A stretch of 64,000 bases of DNA. Source: an uncultured Chloroflexia bacterium (GTDB lineage: Bacteria; Chloroflexota; Limnocylindria; QHBO01). Of this stretch, positions 26,110 through 42,148 are shown in pieces; the first letter of the stretch is position 1; the number at the start of each line of letters is the position of its first letter. The notes under the pieces are model-generated. The model was not told where the DNA came from, searched no databases, and saw only the letters and a list, made by a program, of their open reading frames with translations. The DNA lies in contig CAWEPF010000007.1 in assembly GCA_963810925.1 (NCBI GenBank), positions 13,250 to 77,249 of the forward strand. Direction: 5' to 3'. The translations under genes were made by a program, and so were the position numbers.

Positions 26110-28023
26110 CTAGTTGCCTCCCACCAGCTGGCGCAGGGTGACCGGGTCGAGGCGCAGGTCCTGGCTGGTGTGGAAATACTGCTGGAGGAAGTACTTCACG
26201 ACCTCGGTCGAGACGTTGCCAATGACGGTCGCGTGGTAGGTGAACGTGATCACGGCCAGCGGCGAGTCGGTCGACCCGGGGGTGGACGGCAGGAAGGCGA
26301 CGAACCACGAGTGGAAGGGCAGGACGCCGTTGGCATCGGGCAGACCGAACTCCGCCGTGCCCGTCTTGCCTGACAGGGACCCCGGCAGTCGCAGGTCCCT
26401 GATGTTGTAGGCGTGGCCGGTGGTGATCACCTGGCGCGCACCGATCCGCAGCAGTCGCAGGTTCTCGTCCGTAGCGCCCACCTCGGCCAAGACCTGGGGC
26501 TCGTATTCACGGATCAGGTTCCCGTCGGCGTCGGCCTCGCCGCGCACGACCATCGGCTTCATCAGATGGCCACCGTTTGCGAGGGCCGCATAGGCATTGA
26601 GGAGCTGGAGCGGTGTCACCGCGATGACGTTCTGACCGATGCCGGCCTGTGCCAGCTCCCCGGTGTACACGCCGGCCCGACCCTGGGAGTGGGCCCATTC
26701 GGTCGAGGCGATGATCCCGCTCGCTTCGTTGGGCAGGTCAATCCCGGTCGGCGCCCCGAAGCCGAGGGCGTGGGCCCAGTGGGCGAGTTTGTCCACCCCC
26801 AGGTGGACGGCCATCTGATAGAAGAACGTGTCGGAGCTGATGGCGAACGCTTCGACGATGTTCAGGCGGCCAAAGCCACGGTGGTTCCAGTCGTACAGGC
26901 ACTGCCCGGCCGGCGCGTCGGGGATCTGGTAGCACCCATACGTCTGCCAGCGCTGGGTCGCGGTCGTAACACCTTCCTGGAGGGCCGCCAGCCCGGTCGC
27001 CAGCTTGAAGGTCGACCCGGGGGGATAGATGTCGCTGATCGCGTGGTTGCGGAGCGGCAAGTTCGGGTCTGACAGGTAGGACTGGTACAACTCGTCCGAG
27101 ATCCCGCCCGCGAACGCGTTGTTGTCGTACGACGGGAGCGAGACCATGGCCAGGATCTCCCCCGTCTGCGGGTTCATGACGATCGTCACGCCCTGCGACA
27201 CGTTCGCCTCGCGCATGCCCCACAGGAGCGAATCAGTCGCCATGCGCTGGATGTCGGCGTCCAGGGTCAGGACCAGGTTCTCGCCCGCCACGGGCGCCTG
27301 GGTCTGCTCCAGGGACTTCACCAGCCGGCCCGTGGCGTCGCGCTCCCACAGCTCCGACCCATACGTTCCGCGCAGGGCGCTCTCGAATGTCGCCTCCACC
27401 CCGTTCCGACCGATGGCGTCATCGGGGAGGTATCCCTCGCTCGCCAGCCGATCCAGCTCCTCGGCGTTGATCGGCCCGGTGTATCCCACCACGTGGGCCA
27501 GGAGCGTTCCATCAACGGCCCCGTGGTCGTCGAGGTACTCCCGGCGGGCCGTCACCTGCAGCTCGACACCTGGCAGGTCCTCTGCCTCCTCTTCCAGGAG
27601 CAGCGCGGCATCGCGCTCGATGTCCCGCCCGACCGGAACGAGGTCGAAGGGTGAACCCTGGTAGGCCGCCAGCCTGGTCCGGAGATCCTCGAACGGAATC
27701 CCGGTGATGCGGGCGACCCGTCCAAGGATCGCGCTCTGGCCCACCTCCGGCAGGTCCGCCGGCCGAACGGCAACCGTCCAGGTGGGGACGTTGATGGCCA
27801 GCGGCCGGCCCGCGCGGTCGAACAGCAGGCCGCGCTCCGACGGGATGGCGACCGCCACCGTGCGGGCCGCCTCCGCGTCGGCGGCACGGACCTGCCCTTC
27901 GAGCACCTGCAGCTGGAACAGCCGCCCGCCCAGCATCGTGAAGAGGAGCACGCCGATCACCAGGAAGGCCACGAAGCGGCGGCCCAGGCGCGGCACATCG
28001 CGCTCGCCGAACGCGGCGCTCAT
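26110..28023 (-). CDS. mrdA: Penicillin-binding protein 2
   Basis: N-terminal TM, dimerisation domain, STFK, SSD, KTG. Confidence 0.94.
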   Translation of the reverse strand: MSAAFGERDVPRLGRRFVAFLVIGVLLFTMLGGRLFQLQVLEGQVRAADAEAARTVAVAIPSERGLLFDRAGRPLAINVPTWTVAVRPADLPEVGQSAILGRVARITGIPFEDLRTRLAAYQGSPFDLVPVGRDIERDAALLLEEEAEDLPGVELQVTARREYLDDHGAVDGTLLAHVVGYTGPINAEELDRLASEGYLPDDAIGRNGVEATFESALRGTYGSELWERDATGRLVKSLEQTQAPVAGENLVLTLDADIQRMATDSLLWGMREANVSQGVTIVMNPQTGEILAMVSLPSYDNNAFAGGISDELYQSYLSDPNLPLRNHAISDIYPPGSTFKLATGLAALQEGVTTATQRWQTYGCYQIPDAPAGQCLYDWNHRGFGRLNIVEAFAISSDTFFYQMAVHLGVDKLAHWAHALGFGAPTGIDLPNEASGIIASTEWAHSQGRAGVYTGELAQAGIGQNVIAVTPLQLLNAYAALANGGHLMKPMVVRGEADADGNLIREYEPQVLAEVGATDENLRLLRIGARQVITTGHAYNIRDLRLPGSLSGKTGTAEFGLPDANGVLPFHSWFVAFLPSTPGSTDSPLAVITFTYHATVIGNVSTEVVKYFLQQYFHTSQDLRLDPVTLRQLVGGN

Positions 28024-28026
28024 CGC

Positions 28027-28553
28027 TCAGGCACCGACTGGCTCCTGGCCCACCCGAGCCAGGACCGCGCGCAGCCCGTACCAAACGGCGAGGGCGAGCA
28101 CGGCATTCACGAGGGCGCTGGGCACCAAAAGCGAGAGCAATGAGGTTGGTGACAGCGCCATCGAGGCGCTTCCCGCGAAGGCGAGAACCACCAGGCCCGT
28201 GACGTCCACCACGAGGGAGCCGCTGAAACCGCCCAGAAGCACCGCCGCGACCGGGGGACGCTCAAGGAGGCGCACCAGGCCCGCGACGGCCGCAGCGGCC
28301 AGCAGGAGGCCCAGCGGCAGGCTTCCGAGCGGGTCACTGGTCAGGAGATTGGCGGTCAGACCGCCGAGGAAGGCCCACATCGCTCCCGAACCGAGGCCCA
28401 GGAGAGCCGTGACAGCGACGACGAACGCGAGAATGAGATTGGGTCTCAAATCCCCCACGGCCAGGACCGGGGCAAGACTGGCGTGGACGATACCGATGGC
28501 GATGGCGACGAGCGCGCTGATGGCGTTGATCGGACGATTCTCGCGGGGTTCAT
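28027..28553 (-). CDS. mreD: Rod shape-determining protein MreD (start uncertain)
   Basis: RPNLIL, GAMWAFLGGL, PLG pattern; first TM extends upstream of GTG 28458; nearest ATG (28553) is out of frame. Confidence 0.75.
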
Positions 28554-28649
28554 GCGGCTTTGGGCGGGCTCGGCCAAGTATAGGCGGCGGGGCACTTCCA
28601 GGACCGCCTCGACGCCCGAGAGGGAGACGGGGAATCGGTCCCGAAGGCG

Positions 28650-28665
28650 TGTTTCACGTGAAACA
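28650..28665. promoter_or_regulatory. parS: parS centromere site
   Basis: Perfect palindrome TGTTTCACGTGAAACA about 80 bp upstream of parA. Confidence 0.95.
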
Positions 28666-28701
28666 TGGAGCGCCTGGTAAGCGGCCGGAAACCACCCAAA
28701 C

Positions 28702-28710
28702 TGGTACAAT
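28702..28710 (+). promoter_or_regulatory. Extended -10 promoter of parA
   Basis: TGgTACAAT upstream of GGAG SD and GTG start. Confidence 0.7.
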
Positions 28711-28746
28711 TGAGGCTGCCCGACAGGAACTCGCAACGGAGTGCGC

Positions 28747-29497
28747 GTGGCTAGGGTCACGGCCTGTACCAACCAGAAGGGCGGCGTCGGAAAGACGACC
28801 ACCGTCATCAATCTCGCGGCCTACCTTGCCCTGTCAGGCACGCGAACTCTGGTCATCGACCTCGACCCCCAGGGGAATGCCTCCACGGGGCTCGGAGCCG
28901 ACCGACGGTCATCTCTCACGATCTACGACGCCCTGATCAATCGGACACCGATCTCGGACATCGCACGCCCGACGGCAATTCCGGGCCTGGACCTGGTCCC
29001 GGCGAACCCAACGCTGGCAGGCGCGGAAATCGAGCTGGTGGGCGTTCCCGCCCGCGAGCATCGGTTGGCGGCCAGCCTGGCCGAGGTCGACGACACATAT
29101 GACCGGGTGCTGGTGGACTGCCCACCGTCACTCGGATTGCTTACGGTCAATGCGCTCACCGCGGCCGATGGGGTGCTCATCCCCATCCAGGCGGAGTTCT
29201 ACGCCATGGAGGGGCTCGGCAACCTGGTCAACACGATTCGTCTGATCCGCGGATCCCTGAACCCACGCCTCGAGATCGAGGGCGTGGTGATCACCATGTT
29301 CGATCGGCGCACGCGCCTCTCCTTCCAGGTGGCCGACGAGGTTCGGCGCCACCTGAACGGCACGGTGTATGACACCGTCGTACCGCGCAGCGTCCGCCTG
29401 AGCGAGGCGCCGAGCCATGGCATGCCCATCGCGATGTACGACCCCGCCTCGCACGGCGCCCACGCGTACGAAGCGCTGGCCGCGGAGGTGATGGCTC

Positions 29498-29505
<8 letters not shown>
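28747..29505 (+). CDS. parA: Chromosome partitioning ATPase ParA/Soj
   Basis: NQKGGVGKTT, DLDPQGN, DCPPSLG, LSEAPSHG. Confidence 0.97.
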
Positions 29506-32376
<2,871 letters not shown>

Positions 32377-32388
32377 GAGACGAGACCG

Positions 32389-32622
32389 ATGCCATCCCGA
32401 CACGTCGCCGACATTCGCCAGGTCGAGTCCAAGACCGGCCGCACGCTCGAGGACTGGTGCTCCCTGCTCGAGGCGCATGGCATCGGCGACCGGCGCGAAG
32501 CGGTGAATTTCCTGCGCGACGGATACGCGGTGGCCCATGCCTATGCGCTGGCCATCGCGGATCACTGCCTACGCCCTGGCCGCGACGAATACGCCGACGA
32601 CTGGGAGGAGCCGAGCTGGTGA
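32389..32622 (+). CDS. DUF4287 domain small protein
   Basis: ESKTGRTLEDW...VNFLR...AHAYA resembles DUF4287. Confidence 0.7.
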   Translation: MPSRHVADIRQVESKTGRTLEDWCSLLEAHGIGDRREAVNFLRDGYAVAHAYALAIADHCLRPGRDEYADDWEEPSW

Positions 32623-33110
32623 CCGATGGGAAGACAACCCAGCCGACCGCCCCCCGCTACGGCTTCGCCGATCACCACTGCTTCGCGTGCGGCACCACGA
32701 ATCCCATCGGGATGGGGTTGAAGATCGAGCTCGGAGATCGCCGCGCCAGCACGACCTGGACGCCGGGCCCGGATTTCGTGGGCTGGAGCGATCGCGTCCA
32801 CGGCGGCCTGCTGGCCACCGTGCTCGACGAGGTCATGGCCTGGGCGCCGTCGAGCGAGGACGCCTGGGCGGTGACTTCGCGGATGGAGATTCGCTATCAC
32901 TCCCCGGCCACGCCCGGGGAAGCCCTGCGGGCTGAAGGTTGGGTCGAGAGTCAGCGGCGCCGGATCTACGAGGTGCGCGGCGAGATCCGCGGTGCCGACG
33001 GGCGGCTCGTCGCAGAGGCGACCGGCAAGTTCCTGGGAGCGTCTCCGAGCCAGAAGGCCGAGCTGAAGGACCGATACGGCTTCCGCCCGACCAGCGGGGT
33101 GGCCGGATGA
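32619..33110 (+). CDS. PaaI family hotdog thioesterase
   Basis: CFACG..NPIG, HGGLLATVLDE; GGAGGAG SD and GTGA overlap. Confidence 0.9.
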   Translation: MTDGKTTQPTAPRYGFADHHCFACGTTNPIGMGLKIELGDRRASTTWTPGPDFVGWSDRVHGGLLATVLDEVMAWAPSSEDAWAVTSRMEIRYHSPATPGEALRAEGWVESQRRRIYEVRGEIRGADGRLVAEATGKFLGASPSQKAELKDRYGFRPTSGVAG

Positions 33111-33120
33111 CCGGTCGACT

Positions 33121-33145
33121 GCGACAGACGCGACAGACGCGACAC
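33121..33145. repeat. Short tandem repeat (GCGACAGAC) x about 2.7
   Basis: gcgacagac gcgacagac gcgacac upstream of gyrA. Confidence 0.7.
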
Positions 33146-33165
33146 GCCAAACGGGGTAGCGGGGC

Positions 33166-35694
33166 GTGATCGACGATCGGATGGGCAACGTCCGCGAGGT
33201 CGCGATCGAGGAGGAGATGCGCTCGGCCTACATCGACTACGCGATGTCGGTCATCGTCGCCCGCGCGCTCCCCGACGTGCGGGACGGCCTGAAGCCCGTC
33301 CACCGCCGAATCCTGTACACGATGCACGAGATGGGGCTGCGCTCCACCTCCGGCTACCGTAAGTGCGCCGGCGTCGTCGGCGAGGCGCTGGCGAAGTACC
33401 ACCCCCATGGCGACGTGGCCCTGTACGACGCGCTCGTCCGGCTGGCGCAGGACTTCAGCCTCCGGTATCCGCTCGTGGATGGCCAGGGCAACTTCGGGTC
33501 GATCGACGGCGATCCCGCGGCCGCCTACCGGTACACCGAGGCCCGACTCGCCGCGATCAGCGACGAGCTCCTGGCGGACATCGAGCGCGACACGGTCGAT
33601 TTCGTCGAGAACTTCGACGGGCGGCTCCAGGAACCCACCGTCCTGCCCGCCCGGCTGCCCAACCTGCTGGTCAACGGCTCGTCGGGGATCGCGGTCGGCA
33701 TGGCCACCAACATTCCACCCCACAACCTGGGCGAGATCACGCGGGCCATCGAGAAGCTGATCGACGAGCCCGATGTCACGGTCGACGCGCTGGCGGAGAT
33801 CGTCACCGGGCCGGACTTCCCGACCGGCGGCACGGTATTCCGCTACGCGGACCAGCGCTCGATTGCCGGCGAGAAGGAGCGGATCGACGCCATCCGGCAC
33901 ATGTACGCCACCGGTCGTGGCCGGATCGTGATGCGGGGCCAGGTCGCCTTCGAGGAGATCCGCCCGGGACGGATGGCCGTCGTGATCACCGAGCTGCCGT
34001 ACCAGGTCAACAAGACGACGCTCATCGAGAAGATGGCGGACCAGGTCGGGGCCAAGAAACTGACCGATGTCAGCGACATTCGCGACGAATCCGACCGCGA
34101 CGGGATGCGCATCGTGGTCGAGGTCAAGCGCGATGGCTCACCGCACACGGTCATGTCGCAGCTGTTCAAGCACACCCAGCTCGAGTCCAGCTTCTCCGCG
34201 AACATGCTGGCCCTGGTCGACGGGCAGCCGCAGACGCTGGGCCTCAAGCGGATGCTCGAGCACTACATCGCATACCGGCGCGACGTCGTCCGGCGACGGA
34301 CCGAGTTCGACCTTGCCAAGGCCAAGGAGCGCGCCCACATCCTCGAAGGTCTCAAGATCGCGCTCGACCACCTCGACGAGGTGATTGCCACCATCCGCAA
34401 GGCCGCAGACGTGGACGCCGCCCGGGCCGCCCTTATCAAGACCTTCACGCTGAGCGAGATCCAGGCCAACGCGATCCTCGAGATGCAGCTCCGACGGCTG
34501 GCGGCCCTCGAGCGCAAGAAGATCGAGGACGAGTACGAGGAGCTCATCCAGGTCATCGCCGGCCTGGAGGACCTGCTCGCCAACCCGCGCAAGATCCTCG
34601 ACGTCATCAAGACCGAGTTGGCGGACCTGCGCACGAAGTACGGCGAGGAACGCCGGACGCGGATCCGCGATGACGCCAACCGCGAGCTGTCGGCGGAGGA
34701 CCTGGTCACCGCGGAAGACGTGGTCGTGACCCTGTCCCAGCGGGGCTACATCAAGCGCCAGCAGATCCGCACCTTCCGGTCGCAGCGGCGCGGGGGCAAA
34801 GGCAAGCTGGCCATGATCACCCGGGAGGAGGATGCGGTCCGTCACCTGCTGGTCGCGAACACGCACGACAACATCCTGTTCTTCACGAACCGCGGGCGGG
34901 TGTTCATCACCAAGGTCCACGCCCTGCCCGAGGCAAGTCGCAATGCCAAGGGAATTCCGATCATCAACCTGCCCGGGATCCAGGTGGACAGCGGCGAGTA
35001 CGTCAGCGCGATCATCTCCCTGCCCGGATTCGAGCCCGACCACTACCTGGTCATGGCCACCCGACGGGGGATGATCAAGAAGACCTCGCTGGCGGACTAC
35101 GCCAAGATCAAGGCCAATGGCCTGATCGCGATCAATCTCGTGAACAACGACGAGCTGCGCTGGGTGGACCTGTCCGACGGGAACAGCGACATCATCATCG
35201 CGACCAAGGACGGCCAGGCGGCGCGTTTCACCGAACGCGAGGTGCGTGCCATGGGCCGCGACACGCGGGGCGTGACGGGGATCCGGCTCAAGGGCAAGGA
35301 CGAGGTCATCGGTATGCAGGTCATCCACGACCCGGCCGCCCAGCTCCTGGTCGTGACCGAGCAGGGCTACGGCAAGCGGACCGACATGAGCGACTTCCCG
35401 ATCAAGCACCGAGCCACCGGGGGCGTGATCGCCAACGCGCTCAACGAGGAGACCGGCGCGGTGGCCGCGGTTCGGCTGGTGGGCGGCGAGGACGAGGACG
35501 TGATGCTCATCACCGAAGAGGGGACGATGCTCCGGACCGAGGTGGCGAGCGTGAACAACTATCGACGCTCATCACGAGGGGTCACGGTCATGAAGCCGGC
35601 AGACAAGGATCGGATCATTTCGATCGCCGTTTTCGTCGACAACGGGCTGCCCGACGAGGCCGATCAGCCCGAAGAGCCCGGCGGGGAGGAATGA
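33166..35694 (+). CDS. gyrA: DNA gyrase subunit A
   Basis: [23 protein letters not shown], GyrA-box QRRGGKG. Confidence 0.98.
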   Translation: MIDDRMGNVREVAIEEEMRSAYIDYAMSVIVARALPDVRDGLKPVHRRILYTMHEMGLRSTSGYRKCAGVVGEALAKYHPHGDVALYDALVRLAQDFSLRYPLVDGQGNFGSIDGDPAAAYRYTEARLAAISDELLADIERDTVDFVENFDGRLQEPTVLPARLPNLLVNGSSGIAVGMATNIPPHNLGEITRAIEKLIDEPDVTVDALAEIVTGPDFPTGGTVFRYADQRSIAGEKERIDAIRHMYATGRGRIVMRGQVAFEEIRPGRMAVVITELPYQVNKTTLIEKMADQVGAKKLTDVSDIRDESDRDGMRIVVEVKRDGSPHTVMSQLFKHTQLESSFSANMLALVDGQPQTLGLKRMLEHYIAYRRDVVRRRTEFDLAKAKERAHILEGLKIALDHLDEVIATIRKAADVDAARAALIKTFTLSEIQANAILEMQLRRLAALERKKIEDEYEELIQVIAGLEDLLANPRKILDVIKTELADLRTKYGEERRTRIRDDANRELSAEDLVTAEDVVVTLSQRGYIKRQQIRTFRSQRRGGKGKLAMITREEDAVRHLLVANTHDNILFFTNRGRVFITKVHALPEASRNAKGIPIINLPGIQVDSGEYVSAIISLPGFEPDHYLVMATRRGMIKKTSLADYAKIKANGLIAINLVNNDELRWVDLSDGNSDIIIATKDGQAARFTEREVRAMGRDTRGVTGIRLKGKDEVIGMQVIHDPAAQLLVVTEQGYGKRTDMSDFPIKHRATGGVIANALNEETGAVAAVRLVGGEDEDVMLITEEGTMLRTEVASVNNYRRSSRGVTVMKPADKDRIISIAVFVDNGLPDEADQPEEPGGEE

Positions 35695-35749
35695 GGCGGT
35701 AGAATCGGCGGGCCGGATCCCTGTCCGGCGACGCGCACGGAGCGAGCCG

Positions 35750-36787
35750 TTGTACGCCGACGAGTTCAGCATCTACTCGGGCAACGCCAACCGGCCGCTG
35801 GCGGAGAACATCTGCCGCTACCTCGGGACCCGGATGGGCGAGGCCGACGTCTTCCAGTTCCAGAACGAGAACATCTTCGTGCGGATCCTGGAAAACGTGC
35901 GGGAGCAGGACGTGTTCCTGATCCAGCCCACCTGCCGCCCGGTGAACCATTCGATCATGGAGCTCCTGATCATGATCGACGCCTTCAAGCGGGCCAGCGC
36001 CGGGCGGATCACGGCCGTGATCCCGTACTACGCCTACGGCCGCTCGGACAAGAAGGACCAGCCGCGGGTGCCGATCACCGCGCGCCTCGTGGCCGACATG
36101 CTGACCGTGGCCGGCGCGGACCGCGTCCTCACCATGGACCTCCACCAGGGACAGATCCAGGGCTTCTTCTCCATCCCGGTGGACGAGCTGACCGCCGTGG
36201 ACATGCTGGCTCGCTACATCATCGACCTGGACACCATCGACCAGGAGGACCTGGTCGTGGTCAGCGAGCTGGGGTTCGCCAAGAAGGCGCGCGGGTTCGC
36301 CGAGAAACTCGACGCACCGCTGGCCATCGTCGAGAAGCGGCGCACCGGTAACGACGACCAGGCCGAGCTGAAGAACGTCATCGGCGAGGTCGAAGGCAAG
36401 ACGGCGGTGATCATCGATGACGAGATCAACACCGCAGGCTCGCTGATCGAGACCGTCAACGCGCTCATCGCCGAAGGGGCGCGCGACGTCTACTCCTGCG
36501 CGACCCACGGCGTCCTGTCGGGATCGGCCATCGAGCGGATCGAAGCATCTCCCCTCAAGGAGGTCATCGTGACCGACACGATCCCGCTCCCCGAGGGCAC
36601 CGAGTCGGACCGGATCACGATCCTCTCGGTGGCTCCGCTGTTCGGCGAGGCCATTCGCCGCATCCACCGCGGGGAGAGCGTGGGGGCGCTCTTCTCGTCG
36701 GAGGTCGAGCTGGTCGAGGAGATGACCTTCTGGGGCGCCCGCGGCGACGACGAGGAAGAGGCCGAGGCCGTCACCGTCGAGGGCTGA
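35750..36787 (+). CDS. prs: Ribose-phosphate pyrophosphokinase
   Basis: PYYAYGRSDKK, MDLH..QIQGFF, IDDEINTAG, ATHGV; TTG start. Confidence 0.96.
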   Translation: MYADEFSIYSGNANRPLAENICRYLGTRMGEADVFQFQNENIFVRILENVREQDVFLIQPTCRPVNHSIMELLIMIDAFKRASAGRITAVIPYYAYGRSDKKDQPRVPITARLVADMLTVAGADRVLTMDLHQGQIQGFFSIPVDELTAVDMLARYIIDLDTIDQEDLVVVSELGFAKKARGFAEKLDAPLAIVEKRRTGNDDQAELKNVIGEVEGKTAVIIDDEINTAGSLIETVNALIAEGARDVYSCATHGVLSGSAIERIEASPLKEVIVTDTIPLPEGTESDRITILSVAPLFGEAIRRIHRGESVGALFSSEVELVEEMTFWGARGDDEEEAEAVTVEG

Positions 36788-36857
36788 GCCGAGCGGCACT
36801 TGCGCCGTTTCCGATCTCGGTTCACGCTGAGCGTCACTTACCAGAAGGGGACCAATC

Positions 36858-37589
36858 ATGCGCAAGGTGCTATTCGCCATCGCCGCCGCGACAGCGGCTG
36901 CCGTCGTCACCTATCAGGTTGCCGTTCGCCCGTGGTGGAAGAGCTGGGGAGTGTCCCCAGAAGAAGCCGAGGAGGCACTGCCGGGCGATGACGTCATCGC
37001 CGATGCGAACGCGGGAGAGACGCGGGCCATCACGGTCAACGCGCCGGCCGCAGCGGTCTGGCCGTGGCTCGTCCAGCTGGGCACCGGGCGCGGGGGCTGG
37101 TACAGCTACGAAGGGATGGGCATGCAGGGACAGAGTGCGTTCAAGGTCTTGCCCGACTTCCAGGACCTGAAGGTGGGGGACCTGGTGCCGACGTACCCGG
37201 GCGGCGGCTTCGTGGTCTCTCGCCTGGAGCCCGGCCGGGCACTCGTCCTGTATCTCGACAGCAACCTTGCTCGCGAGCAGGCGGCGGCGGCGAAGGCCGA
37301 CGGAGCCGCCGACGCGCCGGCAGGCAAGCAGGGCCGCGGGGCGCTCATGGAGAACGCCCCGCCCATCGAGTTCGCGGCGACCTGGGCCTTCGTGCTTGAC
37401 GAGCAGCCCAATGGACAGACCCGGCTCATCGAGCGATTCCGCTTCCGCTTCGGCGAAACCGACCAGCCGTGGACCCGGTACACGCTGCCATTCATGGGCT
37501 TTGGCATGTTCGTGATGATGCGCAAGCAGCTCCTGGGCATCAAGCAACGGGTCGAGGCCGCCTCCGAGCCGGTCGAGGTCGTCGCTTAG
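36858..37589 (+). CDS. SRPBCC-like protein with N-terminal membrane anchor
   Basis: WG...E...LPGD, TRAITVNAP..VWPWLVQLG..RGGWYSY, TWAF, TRLI. Confidence 0.8.
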   Translation: MRKVLFAIAAATAAAVVTYQVAVRPWWKSWGVSPEEAEEALPGDDVIADANAGETRAITVNAPAAAVWPWLVQLGTGRGGWYSYEGMGMQGQSAFKVLPDFQDLKVGDLVPTYPGGGFVVSRLEPGRALVLYLDSNLAREQAAAAKADGAADAPAGKQGRGALMENAPPIEFAATWAFVLDEQPNGQTRLIERFRFRFGETDQPWTRYTLPFMGFGMFVMMRKQLLGIKQRVEAASEPVEVVA

Positions 37590-37638
37590 CCACCTCTCGG
37601 GGCCCAACCGAAGAGGCGGATATACTCGCCGCCGACCA

Positions 37639-40503
<2,865 letters not shown>

Positions 40504-40633
40504 TCAGACCCATTGGTCCCCGCCCGGACCGCCATCGACCCCCCGGGGCGTTCAGAATGGGCATGCTCCCCCTCGATCGCAGCTTGACCTGGGATTCAAG
40601 CCAGCTTGAAAGCCGACGAGCCAAGATTGGGGG

Positions 40634-40662
40634 GTGACATCGAGCGCTCGTCCGGGTACGAT
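40634..40662 (+). promoter_or_regulatory. Sigma70-type promoter for the Cys-rich ORF and prfB
   Basis: GTGACA-17 nt-TACGAT. Confidence 0.6.
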
Positions 40663-40721
40663 GCTGACCTCAAGGCACGTCGGTCCTCGGAACGGCGCGC
40701 CCCACGTGGGCGGAGGCGTGA

Positions 40722-41033
40722 GTGAAGCAACTGGCGGGTGAGTCTCCCATTCAGATCTCTGATCTCCCCGCTTCGGCGCCCCCTCTTCCGGCACAGGATC
40801 TTCCTCTCGTCACCCGCTTCCGGGATCCATCGGTCCCCTACGAAGACCTGATCCAGTGCGAGCGGGACTGCATGCGGTGCAGCTACGCGGCCACCCTGGG
40901 ATGCGACGGCAACTGCGGGGCATGCCCCCGCCAGTCGTATTGCCCGTGCGTGAACCCCGCCAAGCTGCGATCTCGATCCGGCCGCCTGGCCGACGTGGAG
41001 CTCACCCTCGTCAACGACCTTGGACGAAATTAG
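40722..41033 (+). CDS. Hypothetical 8-Cys metal-binding protein (103 aa)
   Basis: GGAGG SD; C-x3-C-x2-C-x7-C-x3-C-x2-C-x5-C-x-C; GC-rich third positions in the core. Confidence 0.7.
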   Translation: MKQLAGESPIQISDLPASAPPLPAQDLPLVTRFRDPSVPYEDLIQCERDCMRCSYAATLGCDGNCGACPRQSYCPCVNPAKLRSRSGRLADVELTLVNDLGRN

Positions 41034-42148
41034 GACCGAGGCGGAGCGCTTGGCGCGCCTCGTGGCCGACACGGCGGTGCGACTTTGACTTGGTCACCAA
41101 GCAGGCCGAGCTCGAGGAGCTGACCGCCAAGTCGTCAGACCCCAACCTGTGGGACGACCCGGCCGCAGCCCAGACCGTGCTGCGCCGGGCGGATGAACTC
41201 CGTGACGAGATCACCTTCTGGACCGATCTCCAGGCGCGTGCCGCTGGGCTGGCCGAGCTGGCCGAGCTGGCGGCCGCGGACTCGGAGACCGATGGCGCGT
41301 TGCAAGCGGATCTCGAGAGCGACCTGGCAGCGCTCCAGGCCAGCTGGAAGTCGGCGGAGCAGCGGCTGCTCCTGGGCGGGGCCTACGACGAGCGCCCGGC
41401 CATTGTCTCGATCTACGCCGGAGCGGGGGGAACGGAGAGCCAGGACTGGGCCGAGATGCTGCTCCGGATGTACCTGCGCTGGGCGGAGCGGCACAAGTAC
41501 AAGACCGAGATCCTCGACCAGAGCGAGGGCGAGGAGGCCGGCCTGAAGAGCGCCACGGCGGCCATCGACGGGCGATGGGCGTACGGGCGGCTGCGCTCCG
41601 AGCGGGGCGTGCATCGCCTGGTGCGAATCAGCCCGTTCGACGGGCAGAAGCGGCGCCACACCTCGTTCGCGCTGGTGGAGGTCATGCCCGAGGTGCCGGC
41701 CGACGCGGAGATCGAGATCCGCGACGACGACCTGAAGATCGACACCTATCGGTCCAGCGGAGCCGGTGGCCAGCACGTGAACAAGACCGACTCCGCGGTG
41801 CGGATCACGCACCTCCCGACCGGAATCGTGGTCACCTGCCAGAACGAGCGGAGCCAGATGCAGAACAAGGAGCGGGCGATGGCCGTCCTGCGGGCCAAGC
41901 TCGTCGAGCGGGCGGAGGAGGAGCGGGAAGCGGAGCTGGCCCGCCTGCGCGGCGTGCACGTGGAGGCGGGCTGGGGCAACCAGATCCGGAGCTACGTTCT
42001 CCAGCCGTACACGATGGTCAAGGACCTGCGGACCGGGGTCGAGACCTCGAACCCCACCGCCGTCCTGGACGGGGAGATCGACGACTTCATCGAGGGCTAC
42101 CTGCGCGACCAGATCGGGACCGATGTGGACGGGAACGGCGCCGCATGA
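41020..42148 (+). CDS. prfB: Peptide chain release factor 2, programmed +1 frameshift (start uncertain)
   Basis: TTG..MDEIRTEAERLARLVADTAVRL, CTT TGA C at 41083-41089, then DLVTK...SPF...GGQ. Confidence 0.96.
41073..41089 (+). other. RF2 autoregulatory +1 frameshift cassette
   Basis: SD-like GGCGGTG, 3 nt, CTT TGA C. Confidence 0.92.

Noticed and set aside
33121-33145. Short repeats (also 57612-57641) as CRISPR or REP elements
   Set aside because: Only 8-9-nt tandem units, no spacers, no cas genes, not repeated elsewhere in the window
40560-40720. 6S RNA assignment
   Set aside because: The closing stem spans only about 70 nt, with no ~180-nt rod and central bubble
41083-41089. prfB in-frame stop as pseudogene or novelty
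   Set aside because: This is the well-known RF2 programmed frameshift
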